A stretch of DNA of 64,000 nucleotides from the IMG/VR virus record IMGVR_UViG_3300025889_000070; one strand, written 5' to 3'. The translations under genes and the position numbers were made by a program. Below the pieces are notes generated by a model. The model had not been told where the DNA came from. It was given only the letters and a program-made list of their open reading frames with translations, and searched no databases. Shown here one piece after another: positions 9,925 to 19,053 of the stretch. This DNA is from a virus (Duplodnaviria > Caudoviricetes). Each line of letters opens with the position of its first letter. Position 1 is the first letter of the stretch.

Positions 9925-10662
9925 ATGGCCCGCTTCGATTACAATACTACTTATCCTCTCCGTGATGTAATGGCCGCGAGTGTGATGGCCTATCGCATTA
10001 ACGATGATCAGTATGTTACTCATACTATTCCGGACGATACTTGGAACAGTTCGGAACAATCCGATTTTCGTATCAAGTATCAGGCTAATAAGCACCTGAT
10101 GCTGTACAGCATTACAGACGCTACTCCGCCAGCAACACTGATGCATCCCAAAGTCAACTATTATTTTGACAACGTCGCTGACGACGAAGACTTTGCTGTG
10201 GCTGATGAAATTATCAGTTACTATACTGGGTTGATGTTCAAAGCTATTGGGGGCAAGATTAACGAGTTTGAAGAGCGAGTGCTTGCTCTTGTTAAGGCTG
10301 GCGAAGTTCGCGCCAGTGATTTTGGTATCGTTGCTAGCCTGCCCAAAAGTTACTACCGCAGTCTTGAACGTGACCGTGTTGAAGAGCAACAGCGTGAGCT
10401 CAGCGATTCCAGTGAGTATGTTGGCACTGTTGGACAGACTGTGGATCTAGACATTGAGATCATGCGGTTTAACTACATCCAGAAACTTAACTGCTATGTG
10501 GTCAATGCTCAGGCATCTGGAAATCTTGTTGTGTTCTTTACTAGCAATGAAGATTTTAACGGCCCAGATAAACTCAAGATTCGTGGTCGTGTTAAGCGGC
10601 ACCAAACCAGCAACTACCACGGCGGTAAGGAATCCGTTCTCAACTATGTTAAGAGGATCTAG
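9925..10662 (+). CDS. Hypothetical protein with probable C-terminal OB-fold
   Basis: YVGTVGQTVDLDIE...KIRGRVKRH...KESVLNYVK; start moved to ATG 9925. Confidence 0.6.
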   Translation: MARFDYNTTYPLRDVMAASVMAYRINDDQYVTHTIPDDTWNSSEQSDFRIKYQANKHLMLYSITDATPPATLMHPKVNYYFDNVADDEDFAVADEIISYYTGLMFKAIGGKINEFEERVLALVKAGEVRASDFGIVASLPKSYYRSLERDRVEEQQRELSDSSEYVGTVGQTVDLDIEIMRFNYIQKLNCYVVNAQASGNLVVFFTSNEDFNGPDKLKIRGRVKRHQTSNYHGGKESVLNYVKRI

Positions 10663-10664
10663 TT

Positions 10665-10958
10665 ATGGACAAAGTTTTTATGCTGCTATTCAGTTTTGTG
10701 CTCGCCACCCCAGACGGGCCCAGGGACGAAGTACTTCATGTCTACAGTGCTAAACACTTTGTTAGCAAAGAAGCATGTGAAGAAACATTAAGTAACTGGA
10801 GTTACCTGATCAAGAATGGAGCAGTTACCCAGTTAAATAACATGCTCAAAGAAGGATATGAGGTAAATCTTAAGGGTGTGGTTTGTGCTGAACAGCCTCC
10901 TAAAATTGAGGAAAAGTCAGCACCAGCCAAAAATGACGTGTCCGGTAACAGGGACTAG
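10665..10958 (+). CDS. Hypothetical protein with hydrophobic N-terminus
   Basis: 97-aa ORF; 3' end overlaps the structured element. Confidence 0.55.
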   Translation: MDKVFMLLFSFVLATPDGPRDEVLHVYSAKHFVSKEACEETLSNWSYLIKNGAVTQLNNMLKEGYEVNLKGVVCAEQPPKIEEKSAPAKNDVSGNRD

Positions 10959-11157
10959 TAGGGCATTGCGGCCCTATGACGAGAAGTGGCTGAGAACCAC
11001 AAAACTAACGCACGATGCCAAGTAGGCGAGGGGCCGGGGCTCCTCGGTGAACCAAAACATGGTTGTATGCTCGAAAGGCATAACCTATTGGGAAGAACGA
11101 GAGACGACCTCTGGTGGAGCCATCAATAAACAACGGCGCGGAAGCCAAGTTGTCCCC
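10951..11157 (+). ncRNA. Candidate structured non-coding RNA, family not recognised
   Basis: About 55% GC by hand count in an AT-rich genome; at least 8 short hairpins including GTGG-CTGAGAA-CCAC and a C-GAAA-G tetraloop; no ORF of 60 aa or more; strand assumed. Confidence 0.6.
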
Positions 11158-11169
11158 TAAATTTTTTGG

Positions 11170-11197
11170 TTGACACCACTTAAATCTGTGCTATCAT
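11170..11197 (+). promoter_or_regulatory. Sigma70-type early promoter
   Basis: TTGACA (11170-11175), 16 nt, TG-n-TATCAT (11192-11197). Confidence 0.65.
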
Positions 11198-11226
11198 AAT
11201 TAAGTTACAACAAACAAGGAGATATC

Positions 11227-11403
11227 ATGAAAAGAAATAGTAAAGATCAAGAAGAATATGATAAGGCAATCCAAGAGTATCTCCAAAACGGTGGTAAGAT
11301 TACCGTGTGTGCTAGGGGCGATACTGGGTTAGAAGAAGGAGATACTAATCCCTGGAACCGTGCTAAAAAACCAGGCCGCCCAAAATCGGTTGACACCAAG
11401 TAG
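11227..11403 (+). CDS. Small early protein (58 aa), not in the ORF track
   Basis: AAGGAG RBS; MKRNSKDQEEYDKAIQEYLQNGGKITVCARG...KSVDTK*. Confidence 0.75.
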   Translation: MKRNSKDQEEYDKAIQEYLQNGGKITVCARGDTGLEEGDTNPWNRAKKPGRPKSVDTK

Positions 11404-11417
11404 ATTCATGTTAGTAT
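11390..11417 (+). promoter_or_regulatory. Sigma70-type promoter embedded in the end of the small ORF
   Basis: TTGACA (11390-11395), 16 nt, TG-n-TAGTAT (11412-11417). Confidence 0.55.
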
Positions 11418-11422
11418 AAAGT

Positions 11423-12022
11423 ATGATAGAAAATAGCAAAAAACTAATACTCACCGATTGTGACGGCTGCTTGTTGAACTGGGAGTACGCCTTCAATATT
11501 TGGATGGAAGAGCACGGACACACCATGGTGCCCAACGGCAATTTCATCTATAACGTTGGCAAACGCTACGGCATTGAGAAATCAGAATCCAGTAAATTGG
11601 TGCGCTATTTTAATGAGAGTGCTACAATAGGCTTCCTGCCTGCTCTTCGAGATGCTGAGCACTATGTAAGGCTTCTGGGTAACCTAGGGTACCGTTTTCA
11701 TGTTATTACAAGTTTAAGCAAGGATCCTAACGCACAACGGTTGCGGACTAGGAACCTTGAAAAACTTTTTGGACCAGTGTTTGAAAAGTTTATTTACTTG
11801 GATACTGGTGAAGATAAAGACGCTGTACTAGCAGAGTACAAGGACAGTGGCCTGCTGTGGATTGAAGATAAACCTGATAATGCTGAAGTTGGTCTAAAAA
11901 TGGGATTGCGTAGCGTAATAATGGAACACGCCTTCAATTTACATTATGAAGGCGTGGCACCATTTGTTAAGAATTGGGCTGATGTTTATAGTTTGGTTAC
12001 TACAACAACAGTATCTGCTTGA
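11423..12022 (+). CDS. HAD-superfamily 5'(3')-nucleotidase-like phosphatase
   Basis: LTDCDGCL (DxDxxL), VITS, K and WIEDKPDN motifs. Confidence 0.8.
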   Translation: MIENSKKLILTDCDGCLLNWEYAFNIWMEEHGHTMVPNGNFIYNVGKRYGIEKSESSKLVRYFNESATIGFLPALRDAEHYVRLLGNLGYRFHVITSLSKDPNAQRLRTRNLEKLFGPVFEKFIYLDTGEDKDAVLAEYKDSGLLWIEDKPDNAEVGLKMGLRSVIMEHAFNLHYEGVAPFVKNWADVYSLVTTTTVSA

Positions 12023-12025
12023 ATT

Positions 12026-12661
12026 TTATGAAAAATTATCAGTTTTATATGGATCTCCGCAAGGCATATCATTAAACCCATTTATCACTTTGTCTTTCTC
12101 AAATGCAATTTCCCACTCGCAAAAACTTGTAGTAATCTCTTGAGCAATGTTTCTGCTTGTTACTTCAATACCAGGTGTTTCTCCCGAAAACTCATTGGTT
12201 GGCACGTCTGTAAATTTAAATTTTAAATCACGGGTATTAAAGTTTCTGATATTTGTCCAATCAGTGATGTTAGATTCAGGATGTTCTGCGTCTATAATCC
12301 AGAGGGGATCAGGTTCAGGATTAGGATTTTTAGACCATTCCTTCCAAGCAGCCTTTACATAGTGTCCAGTCACTGGATCTTGGTAAGCATAACCTACTCT
12401 ATGTAAGTAAATGTTCCTGTCATTATCAGCATCTAGGTAAAAATCGTTAACAAGTTCTACTCTAATAGTATGCCAAGCATCTGCTGCTGGAATTTTATCG
12501 CTAGTAACATCATATACAAAAAGATCTGGATTTTCTGGATCAACACTGGTAAGGTCTACATTATCAGCAACTGTTGCTCCATTAAATACAAATTTTACTT
12601 TAGCATTTTGATCTCCAGCTTGTTGCTGGTGAAGTTCAAAGACAATTTTATAGTTAGCCAT
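12026..12661 (-). CDS. Protein with CBM60-like Ca-dependent carbohydrate-binding module
   Basis: IRVELVNDFY..DNDRNIYLHRV resembles the F.ND...DRNL.V motif. Confidence 0.5.
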   Translation of the reverse strand: MANYKIVFELHQQQAGDQNAKVKFVFNGATVADNVDLTSVDPENPDLFVYDVTSDKIPAADAWHTIRVELVNDFYLDADNDRNIYLHRVGYAYQDPVTGHYVKAAWKEWSKNPNPEPDPLWIIDAEHPESNITDWTNIRNFNTRDLKFKFTDVPTNEFSGETPGIEVTSRNIAQEITTSFCEWEIAFEKDKVINGFNDMPCGDPYKTDNFS

Positions 12662-12691
12662 GTTTTGGGCTCCTCAAAACTAGTTTATATG

Positions 12692-13411
12692 TTATTTATC
12701 GCCATATATAGAAAGTATTTCACTTACAACTGGGTGTCTTTCTATATCTGTGTAATTAAATTTCACAAACTGAATATACTGACTATTAGCATAACAGTTA
12801 AACAAATTTCTAAAATCTATTAGTCCATTTTGCGCTTCTTTACGATCAGTTTGTTGAATATCACCGGTTACCGCCATGCGACTGCCTTCTCCTATACGGG
12901 TTAGCAACATTTTCATCTGATTAGGTGTAGCATTTTGCATTTCATCTGCAATAATAAATGAATTTTTAAAGGTACGACCTCGCATGAAAGCAAGTGGAGA
13001 TATTTCGATAACCATTTCATCAATCATCTCCTTGATTTGTTTGGGGGAATAATATTCTTGAATAACATCAAATATAGGACGAGTCCAGGGTTCCATTTTC
13101 CGATTTAAGTCTCCGGGTAAAAAACCATGTCGTTCATCATCTACACCCACTGCTGGTCTTGTAATGACTATACGTTCTACACTGCGCTCTTTGAGTTCTT
13201 TAAGGGCTGCCAATACAGCAAGCATTGTTTTACCAGTACCCGCAGGACCTACACCAAATACGATAACGTTATTTGGATGTAATAGTTTTGTTATGTAGTT
13301 TTCCTGATTTAAATTTCTGGGTATGAGTAGCACTTTGGTTTTGCGCTGAATGTATTCGTTAATGTTAACAATGTTTGTGTCCTTAGACTTGTGTTTTGTC
13401 CGTCGGCTCAT
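12692..13411 (-). CDS. phoH: PhoH family ATPase
   Basis: GPAGTGKT, ITRPAV, GFLPG, LAFMRGRTF, DEMQN, TGDIQQTD, IERHP. Confidence 0.96.
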   Translation of the reverse strand: MSRRTKHKSKDTNIVNINEYIQRKTKVLLIPRNLNQENYITKLLHPNNVIVFGVGPAGTGKTMLAVLAALKELKERSVERIVITRPAVGVDDERHGFLPGDLNRKMEPWTRPIFDVIQEYYSPKQIKEMIDEMVIEISPLAFMRGRTFKNSFIIADEMQNATPNQMKMLLTRIGEGSRMAVTGDIQQTDRKEAQNGLIDFRNLFNCYANSQYIQFVKFNYTDIERHPVVSEILSIYGDK

Positions 13412-13520
13412 TAATTAGTCCTCCTGTTAAAAAATGAGGACAGATGCTAAATTTTTGAGTTGAGAGCATATGCCCCCCTTTCAAAAATATTTAACAATGT
13501 TAATCTAGAGTTATAGTATA

Positions 13521-14297
13521 CTATTTGAACTTTTCATGAGCAAATTTGTATAAAAACTTATTTACAAAATCTGTGTGGGCGCTTTCACAAGGGTGTGTAG
13601 TGTAAAACGGATAACCACCATCTGCTGCCCATTTGAAAAAACCAGGAAAGTGATAAAAATTACTCTGGTCCAGGCTGTCAAATAGATTTTGAATACTAGC
13701 GTCCCAGGGCACATTTTTATTAAAAATACACTCATCTACGTAGGTAAAAATATATTTTTTGTTGCGCTGTTTTAACCAATCCTGTAAATAAACTATTTCT
13801 TTAAGAGTGCTGTATGTTTCCCAGTATTTGCTGTTGCCTACATGCTTATAATATACTTCACTGAAGTCTGCTAGTCCTGTGCTTTGCGCTATTAGTTGAC
13901 TTTTCTTGTAATGATTAAAGATATCATCTTTAAAATTTTGAAAGGCTTCTAGTATGACACTTTGATTTCGTTCGTGTGTCCAGGGACTAATACTATACCA
14001 GGGACTGTCTCGTTCCAGTGTATCATAGTTAAACCTAAACTCAAACCGTGTGGGGAAACTCCACATAACCACTACTACATGTTCTATTTTGCGCTGGTCT
14101 AGAGAACTAACAGTGTTAATAATGTTCCTAGCAATAGCAGGATTACTCCAACCTCCCTGAGCCACGCAAATATATTTCATTTCTAGTTTATGTGCTAGAA
14201 ATGCGCTCCAGGTCAGTTCACTAGGGGTCTGAGGCGTACAATCAGCAAGCTCATTACCGTAGGTAAAACTGTCGCCGCCTGCTACAAGTATTGTCAT
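13521..14297 (-). CDS. SGNH/GDSL hydrolase-like protein
   Basis: GGDSFTYG block I, G.SN block II, terminal THP. Confidence 0.65.
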   Translation of the reverse strand: MTILVAGGDSFTYGNELADCTPQTPSELTWSAFLAHKLEMKYICVAQGGWSNPAIARNIINTVSSLDQRKIEHVVVVMWSFPTRFEFRFNYDTLERDSPWYSISPWTHERNQSVILEAFQNFKDDIFNHYKKSQLIAQSTGLADFSEVYYKHVGNSKYWETYSTLKEIVYLQDWLKQRNKKYIFTYVDECIFNKNVPWDASIQNLFDSLDQSNFYHFPGFFKWAADGGYPFYTTHPCESAHTDFVNKFLYKFAHEKFK

Positions 14298-14303
14298 GCT
14301 GAA

Positions 14304-14346
14304 TATTTATGTATGTGCCAGAGGCTGTAAAATAAAACACTAAATA
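14304..14346. promoter_or_regulatory. Divergent pair of late-like TAAATA motifs
   Basis: ATAAATA on - strand (14304-14310) and CTAAATA on + strand (14340-14346) between divergent genes. Confidence 0.45.
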
Positions 14347-14371
14347 TATTAAACCCGGAAAGAACAATATT

Positions 14372-16321
14372 ATGCCTACATCAATTTCTAACTTATTTAA
14401 GAAAAACTATGATAGTAGAGTTAGCAAAACCTATACCATAGACGAATATCTAGATTTATGTAAAAAAGATCGCCTAGCATATGCTACCGCAGCAGAACGT
14501 ATGTTAGCTGCTATTGGGGAACCAGTTTTACTTGACACCAGTAAAGATCCCAGACTAAGTCGTATTTTTTATAACAGAACAGTTAGGGTATATGAAAATT
14601 TTCGCGAATTCTATGGCATGGAAGATGTGGTAGAACGCATTGTGGGTTATTTCCGTCATGCTGCTCAAGGCCTTGAAGAGCGCAAGCAGATACTTTACCT
14701 ACTAGGACCAGTGGGTGGTGGTAAGAGTAGCCTGGCTGAAAAGCTAAAAGAACTCATGGAAAAATTACCCATCTATGTACTAGCAACAGAAGATGGCGAG
14801 ATTAGTCCAGTATTTGAAAGTCCACTAGGACTATTTGCCAATGAAAATTACTATGACGTTATGCTGGACAAATATGGTATCGAATCCAGATATCTAACCA
14901 GTATCATTAGCCCATGGGCCATAAAGAGATTACGAGAATACGAAGGTGACATTGGACGTTTCCGTGTTACCAGTATTATACCCAGCAAACTGGAACAGAT
15001 TGCTGTAATGAAAACAGAGCCCGGTGACGAGAACAATCAGGATATTAGCACACTGGTAGGCAAGGTAGATATTCGTAAACTAGAACACTTTAGTCAGAAT
15101 GACACAGACGCCTACAGTTATAGTGGTGGGTTATGCCGTGCTAACCAAGGCATGCTAGAGTTCGTTGAAATGTTTAAGGCGCCTATTAAAGTTCTACACC
15201 CACTGCTAACTGCCACACAGGAAGGCAACTATGTGGGCACAGAGGCTATTAGTGCCATCCCTTTCCAGGGTATCATACTGGCACACAGCAACGAATCAGA
15301 GTGGCAGACATTTAAAAACAACAAAAACAATGAAGCATTCTTGGATCGTATTAGTATTGTTAAAGTTCCTTACTGCTTGAGGGTAGACGAGGAAAAAAGT
15401 ATATATGAAAAAATGATCCATGCTAGCGGATTACACAACGCAGCCTGCGCTCCACAAACAGTGGAAATGTTAGCGCAGTTCAGCGTACTAACCAGGCTCA
15501 AAGATCATGATAATAGCACACTGTTTAGCAAGCTAAGAGTTTATAACGGCGAGAACATCAGAGAGCAGGATCCCAAGGCCAAAACTATTCAGGAGTACAG
15601 GGATGTGGCTGGTGTTGACGAGGGCATGGAAGGCATCAGCACACGGTTTGCTTATAAAATACTAAGTCAGACGTTTAACTTTACCCCCGAAGAAATAGCT
15701 GCTGATCCTGTTCATATGATGTTTGTGTTAGAAAATGCTATTAAACGCGAGCAGTTTGGACAGGAACGAGAAGAACGTTATCTAGATTTTATTAAAAGTG
15801 AACTAGCTAACAGATACGCTGAATTTTTAGGTAATGAGATACAAAAAGCATATCTAGAAAGTTACAAGGAATACGGCCAAAACTTATTTGATCGTTATGT
15901 AGAATATGCTGATGCATGGATTCAAGATCAGGAGTTTAAAGATCCTGATACTGGATTATTAATGGACAGATCACAACTCAATGACGAACTAGAAAAAATT
16001 GAAAAACCTGCTGGTATTGCCAACCCCAAAGACTTTAGGAATGAGATTGTAAATTTCTGTTTACGGGCTCGAGCCAATCCTGAAAATGGTGGTAATAATC
16101 CAGTTTGGACAAGTTATGCTGTACTAAGAGACGTTATTGAAAAGAAAATGTTTAGTCAAGTGGAAGACTTACTCCCTGTAATAAGTTTTGAAGGAAAAAA
16201 AGATAAAGATCTCGAGAAAAAACACAATGACTTTATGGACCGCATGGAAGAACGTGGGTATACTCCCAGACAAATCCGTAGGTTAGTAGAATGGTATATG
16301 CGTATCCGAAAGTCTAACTAG
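14372..16321 (+). CDS. prkA: PrkA/YeaG family serine kinase / AAA+ ATPase
   Basis: LLGPVGGGKSS, ANQGMLEFVEMFKAPIK, NESEW, FLDRI; 649 aa. Confidence 0.96.
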   Translation: MPTSISNLFKKNYDSRVSKTYTIDEYLDLCKKDRLAYATAAERMLAAIGEPVLLDTSKDPRLSRIFYNRTVRVYENFREFYGMEDVVERIVGYFRHAAQGLEERKQILYLLGPVGGGKSSLAEKLKELMEKLPIYVLATEDGEISPVFESPLGLFANENYYDVMLDKYGIESRYLTSIISPWAIKRLREYEGDIGRFRVTSIIPSKLEQIAVMKTEPGDENNQDISTLVGKVDIRKLEHFSQNDTDAYSYSGGLCRANQGMLEFVEMFKAPIKVLHPLLTATQEGNYVGTEAISAIPFQGIILAHSNESEWQTFKNNKNNEAFLDRISIVKVPYCLRVDEEKSIYEKMIHASGLHNAACAPQTVEMLAQFSVLTRLKDHDNSTLFSKLRVYNGENIREQDPKAKTIQEYRDVAGVDEGMEGISTRFAYKILSQTFNFTPEEIAADPVHMMFVLENAIKREQFGQEREERYLDFIKSELANRYAEFLGNEIQKAYLESYKEYGQNLFDRYVEYADAWIQDQEFKDPDTGLLMDRSQLNDELEKIEKPAGIANPKDFRNEIVNFCLRARANPENGGNNPVWTSYAVLRDVIEKKMFSQVEDLLPVISFEGKKDKDLEKKHNDFMDRMEERGYTPRQIRRLVEWYMRIRKSN

Positions 16322-16330
16322 GTAGATACC

Positions 16331-17599
16331 ATGTCTAATATTATAGACAGACGCCTCAATCCTAGAGATAAGACCATTAAAAACAGACAAAAGTTTGTAC
16401 AGCGCAGCCGCGAACAAATAAAGCGAGCCGTAAAGGAAAGTATTGATACTGGTAACATTGCTGACATCGAAAATGACAAGGCAAGAATAAGAGTTGGCGG
16501 TATTAATGAACCAAGATTTACCATTGATCCAAAAACTGGGGATAAAAAATATGTATTACCAGGGAACAAAGAACATGTGGTGGGTGATAGACAGGATAAG
16601 CCTAACGAGGAGTCTGGTGGCGGGGGTAAAGATGGCGGACTGGGTAGAGGCGAAGACGATTTTGAATTTGTCTTAAACAAAGATGAATACCTTGATTTTA
16701 TTTTTCAGGACATGGAATTACCAGATCTAGTAAAAAAGAAAATCAAAGATGTTGTAAAGTTTAAACTACGCAGAGCAGGTTACACTAACCAGGGTTCCCC
16801 TAATCAATTAGATGTTATAAGAAGTTTAAAAAACAGTATAGGCAGACGAATAGGATTGCGTAGACCTAAGAATCAAGAAATAGATGAATTAGAAAAAGAA
16901 CTAACTACATGTAATGATCAGGATCGTAAACAAGAAATATTAGAGCTACTAACCTATCTAAGAAAGCGGCAAATAACAGTTCCCTGGTTAGATCCTGTTG
17001 ATGTAAGATACCGTGCTTTTGTCAATCATCCAGAACCTACAACAAAAGCAGTAATGTTCTGTTTGATGGATGTTAGTGCCAGCATGGGACAACGTGAAAA
17101 AGATTTGGCAAAACGTTTCTTTTTCCTACTACATATGTTTTTAATTCGCAAATATGAAAAGGTTGATATTATCTTTATTAGGCATCACGAAGAAGCCAAG
17201 GAAGTCGACGAAGAAGAATTTTTTACAAGCAGAGAAAGCGGAGGAACAGTTGTAAGCAGTGCCTTATGTTTAGCAAAGGAAATAATTAAAAAACGTTACA
17301 ATTTAGATGAGTGGAATATTTATGTAAGTCAAGCCAGTGATGGTGATAATTATAGCAATGATCAAGAAGCCTGTACTAATGAAATGAAATACCTACTGCC
17401 ACTTGTTCAATATTTTGCTTATATAGAAATAGGCGGAGGATATGATTATCTGGGGGTGATGCAAAATCATACACTAAGTCAGTTATGGTTTAACTATAAA
17501 GCATTAACTAAAGAATTTCCACACCTACGTATGAAAGAAATAGAAGAAGTTCCTGATATCTGGAAAGTGTTCAAAGAACTTTTCGGAAAGGAAGAATAA
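16331..17599 (+). CDS. yeaH: YeaH/YhbH family (DUF444) vWA-like protein
   Basis: IIDRRLNP, AVMFCLMDVSASM, FIRHH, SGGTVVSSAL, SDGDN. Confidence 0.95.
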   Translation: MSNIIDRRLNPRDKTIKNRQKFVQRSREQIKRAVKESIDTGNIADIENDKARIRVGGINEPRFTIDPKTGDKKYVLPGNKEHVVGDRQDKPNEESGGGGKDGGLGRGEDDFEFVLNKDEYLDFIFQDMELPDLVKKKIKDVVKFKLRRAGYTNQGSPNQLDVIRSLKNSIGRRIGLRRPKNQEIDELEKELTTCNDQDRKQEILELLTYLRKRQITVPWLDPVDVRYRAFVNHPEPTTKAVMFCLMDVSASMGQREKDLAKRFFFLLHMFLIRKYEKVDIIFIRHHEEAKEVDEEEFFTSRESGGTVVSSALCLAKEIIKKRYNLDEWNIYVSQASDGDNYSNDQEACTNEMKYLLPLVQYFAYIEIGGGYDYLGVMQNHTLSQLWFNYKALTKEFPHLRMKEIEEVPDIWKVFKELFGKEE

Positions 17600-19053
17600 T
17601 GACAAAACTTCTTTACACAGACAATGAATGGACTTTTGACAAAATACACAGAGCTGACGATGCTATTAGAGAAATTGCAGAACAAGAATTGCGTCTAGAC
17701 ACTTATCCTAATCAAATTGAAATTATTGGCAGTGATCAGATGCTGGATGCCTATAGCAGTCATGGGCTACCACTGATGTATAATCACTGGAGTTTTGGTA
17801 AACATTTTCTAAGTCAAGCATATAATTATAGAAAAGGGTATACTGGCCTGGCGTATGAAATTGTAATAAACAGCAATCCTTGTATTAGCTATCTCATGGA
17901 AGAAAATTCAATGACCATGCAGACACTTGTTATTGCTCATGCTGCCTATGGACACAATCACTTTTTCAAAAATAATTATCTGTTTCGTCAATGGACAGAC
18001 GCAGAAGGAATTATAGATTACCTAAACTTTGCTAAAAACTACATAAAGAAGTGCGAGGAAAAACACGGCACACAACTAGTAGAAGAAACACTGGATGCTT
18101 GTCATGCTATTATGGATTATGGTATTGACAAATATCAGAGACCTACAAAACTCAACAAGCAAAAAGAACTAGAGCAACAGATTGCTAGAGAAGAATATGT
18201 ACAACAACAAGCAAACCAGTTATGGTCAACTTTGCCTAAACGTAAAAGGAAAGTTGTAGAAGTTAAGGATGATAAGTTTCCTCAAGATCCGCAGGAAAAT
18301 ATCCTATACTTCTTAGAAAAAAACTCACCTAGTTTAAAGAGTTGGCAAAGAGAGATTATAAGAATTGTTCGCAAAATAAGCCAGTACTTCTACCCACAGC
18401 GGCAAACCAAACTAATGAACGAGGGCTGGGCTAGTTTTACACACTATTATATCATGAACCGGTTGTGGGAAAAGGGTTTAATAACTGATGGCAACTATAT
18501 CGAGTTTATACACAGCCACAGCGGTGTACTAAGGCAACTGGATCATGATCACAAATACTACAATGGTTTTAATCCCTATGCACTGGGCTTTGATATGTTT
18601 ACAGACATACGAAGAATATGTAGTGAACCCACAGCAGAAGACTGTGAATATTTTCCTCACTTAGCAAACACTGAATGGCTACCTGCTTGTTTGGATGCCG
18701 TTAAAAATTATCGTGACGAGAGTTTTATTACACAGTTTTTGAGTCCAGCCATCATGCGTAAATGGCGCTTGTTTGAAATAGATGACCAACAGAGCAACAA
18801 CTACTACGAGGTAAGTGGTATTCAGGATAGTCGCGGCTATGCCAGGATCAAAGAGTCACTAAGCCATCAGTATAGCGTAAGCAAATTTCAGCCTGACATC
18901 CAGGTTGTAGATGCTAACCTTAAGGGTGATAGAACATTAGTCCTAGAGTATACAAAATATAACCAGAGAGAACTTGACAAAAACAAGGATAAGGTATTAG
19001 AATATATAAAATACCTTTGGGGGTATAGTGTAGACCTAAGGACAGCTATTTAA
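17599..19053 (+). CDS. spoVR: SpoVR/YcgB family protein
   Basis: GLPLMYNHWSFGK, LAYEIVINSNPC, HAAYGHNHFFKNN, TKLMNEGWASF. Confidence 0.96.
   Translation: MTKLLYTDNEWTFDKIHRADDAIREIAEQELRLDTYPNQIEIIGSDQMLDAYSSHGLPLMYNHWSFGKHFLSQAYNYRKGYTGLAYEIVINSNPCISYLMEENSMTMQTLVIAHAAYGHNHFFKNNYLFRQWTDAEGIIDYLNFAKNYIKKCEEKHGTQLVEETLDACHAIMDYGIDKYQRPTKLNKQKELEQQIAREEYVQQQANQLWSTLPKRKRKVVEVKDDKFPQDPQENILYFLEKNSPSLKSWQREIIRIVRKISQYFYPQRQTKLMNEGWASFTHYYIMNRLWEKGLITDGNYIEFIHSHSGVLRQLDHDHKYYNGFNPYALGFDMFTDIRRICSEPTAEDCEYFPHLANTEWLPACLDAVKNYRDESFITQFLSPAIMRKWRLFEIDDQQSNNYYEVSGIQDSRGYARIKESLSHQYSVSKFQPDIQVVDANLKGDRTLVLEYTKYNQRELDKNKDKVLEYIKYLWGYSVDLRTAI

Noticed and set aside
10955-11000. GGG..GCCCTATGA and GCTGAGA resembling SAM-I or TPP riboswitches
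   Set aside because: The SAM-I AUC/P1, GCAAC and k-turn GA are missing, the TPP CCCG..ACCTG core is missing, and no matching metabolic gene lies downstream
11031-11050. GGCCGG...TCCTCG resembling an HDV-like ribozyme
   Set aside because: No downstream complement for P1 and no nested double pseudoknot; the segment forms a simple 8-bp hairpin
10951-11157. Structured element as tmRNA, tRNA or RNase P RNA
   Set aside because: No TTCRA T-arm or CCA acceptor end, no GAGGAAAGTCC RNase P core, no convincing tag ORF
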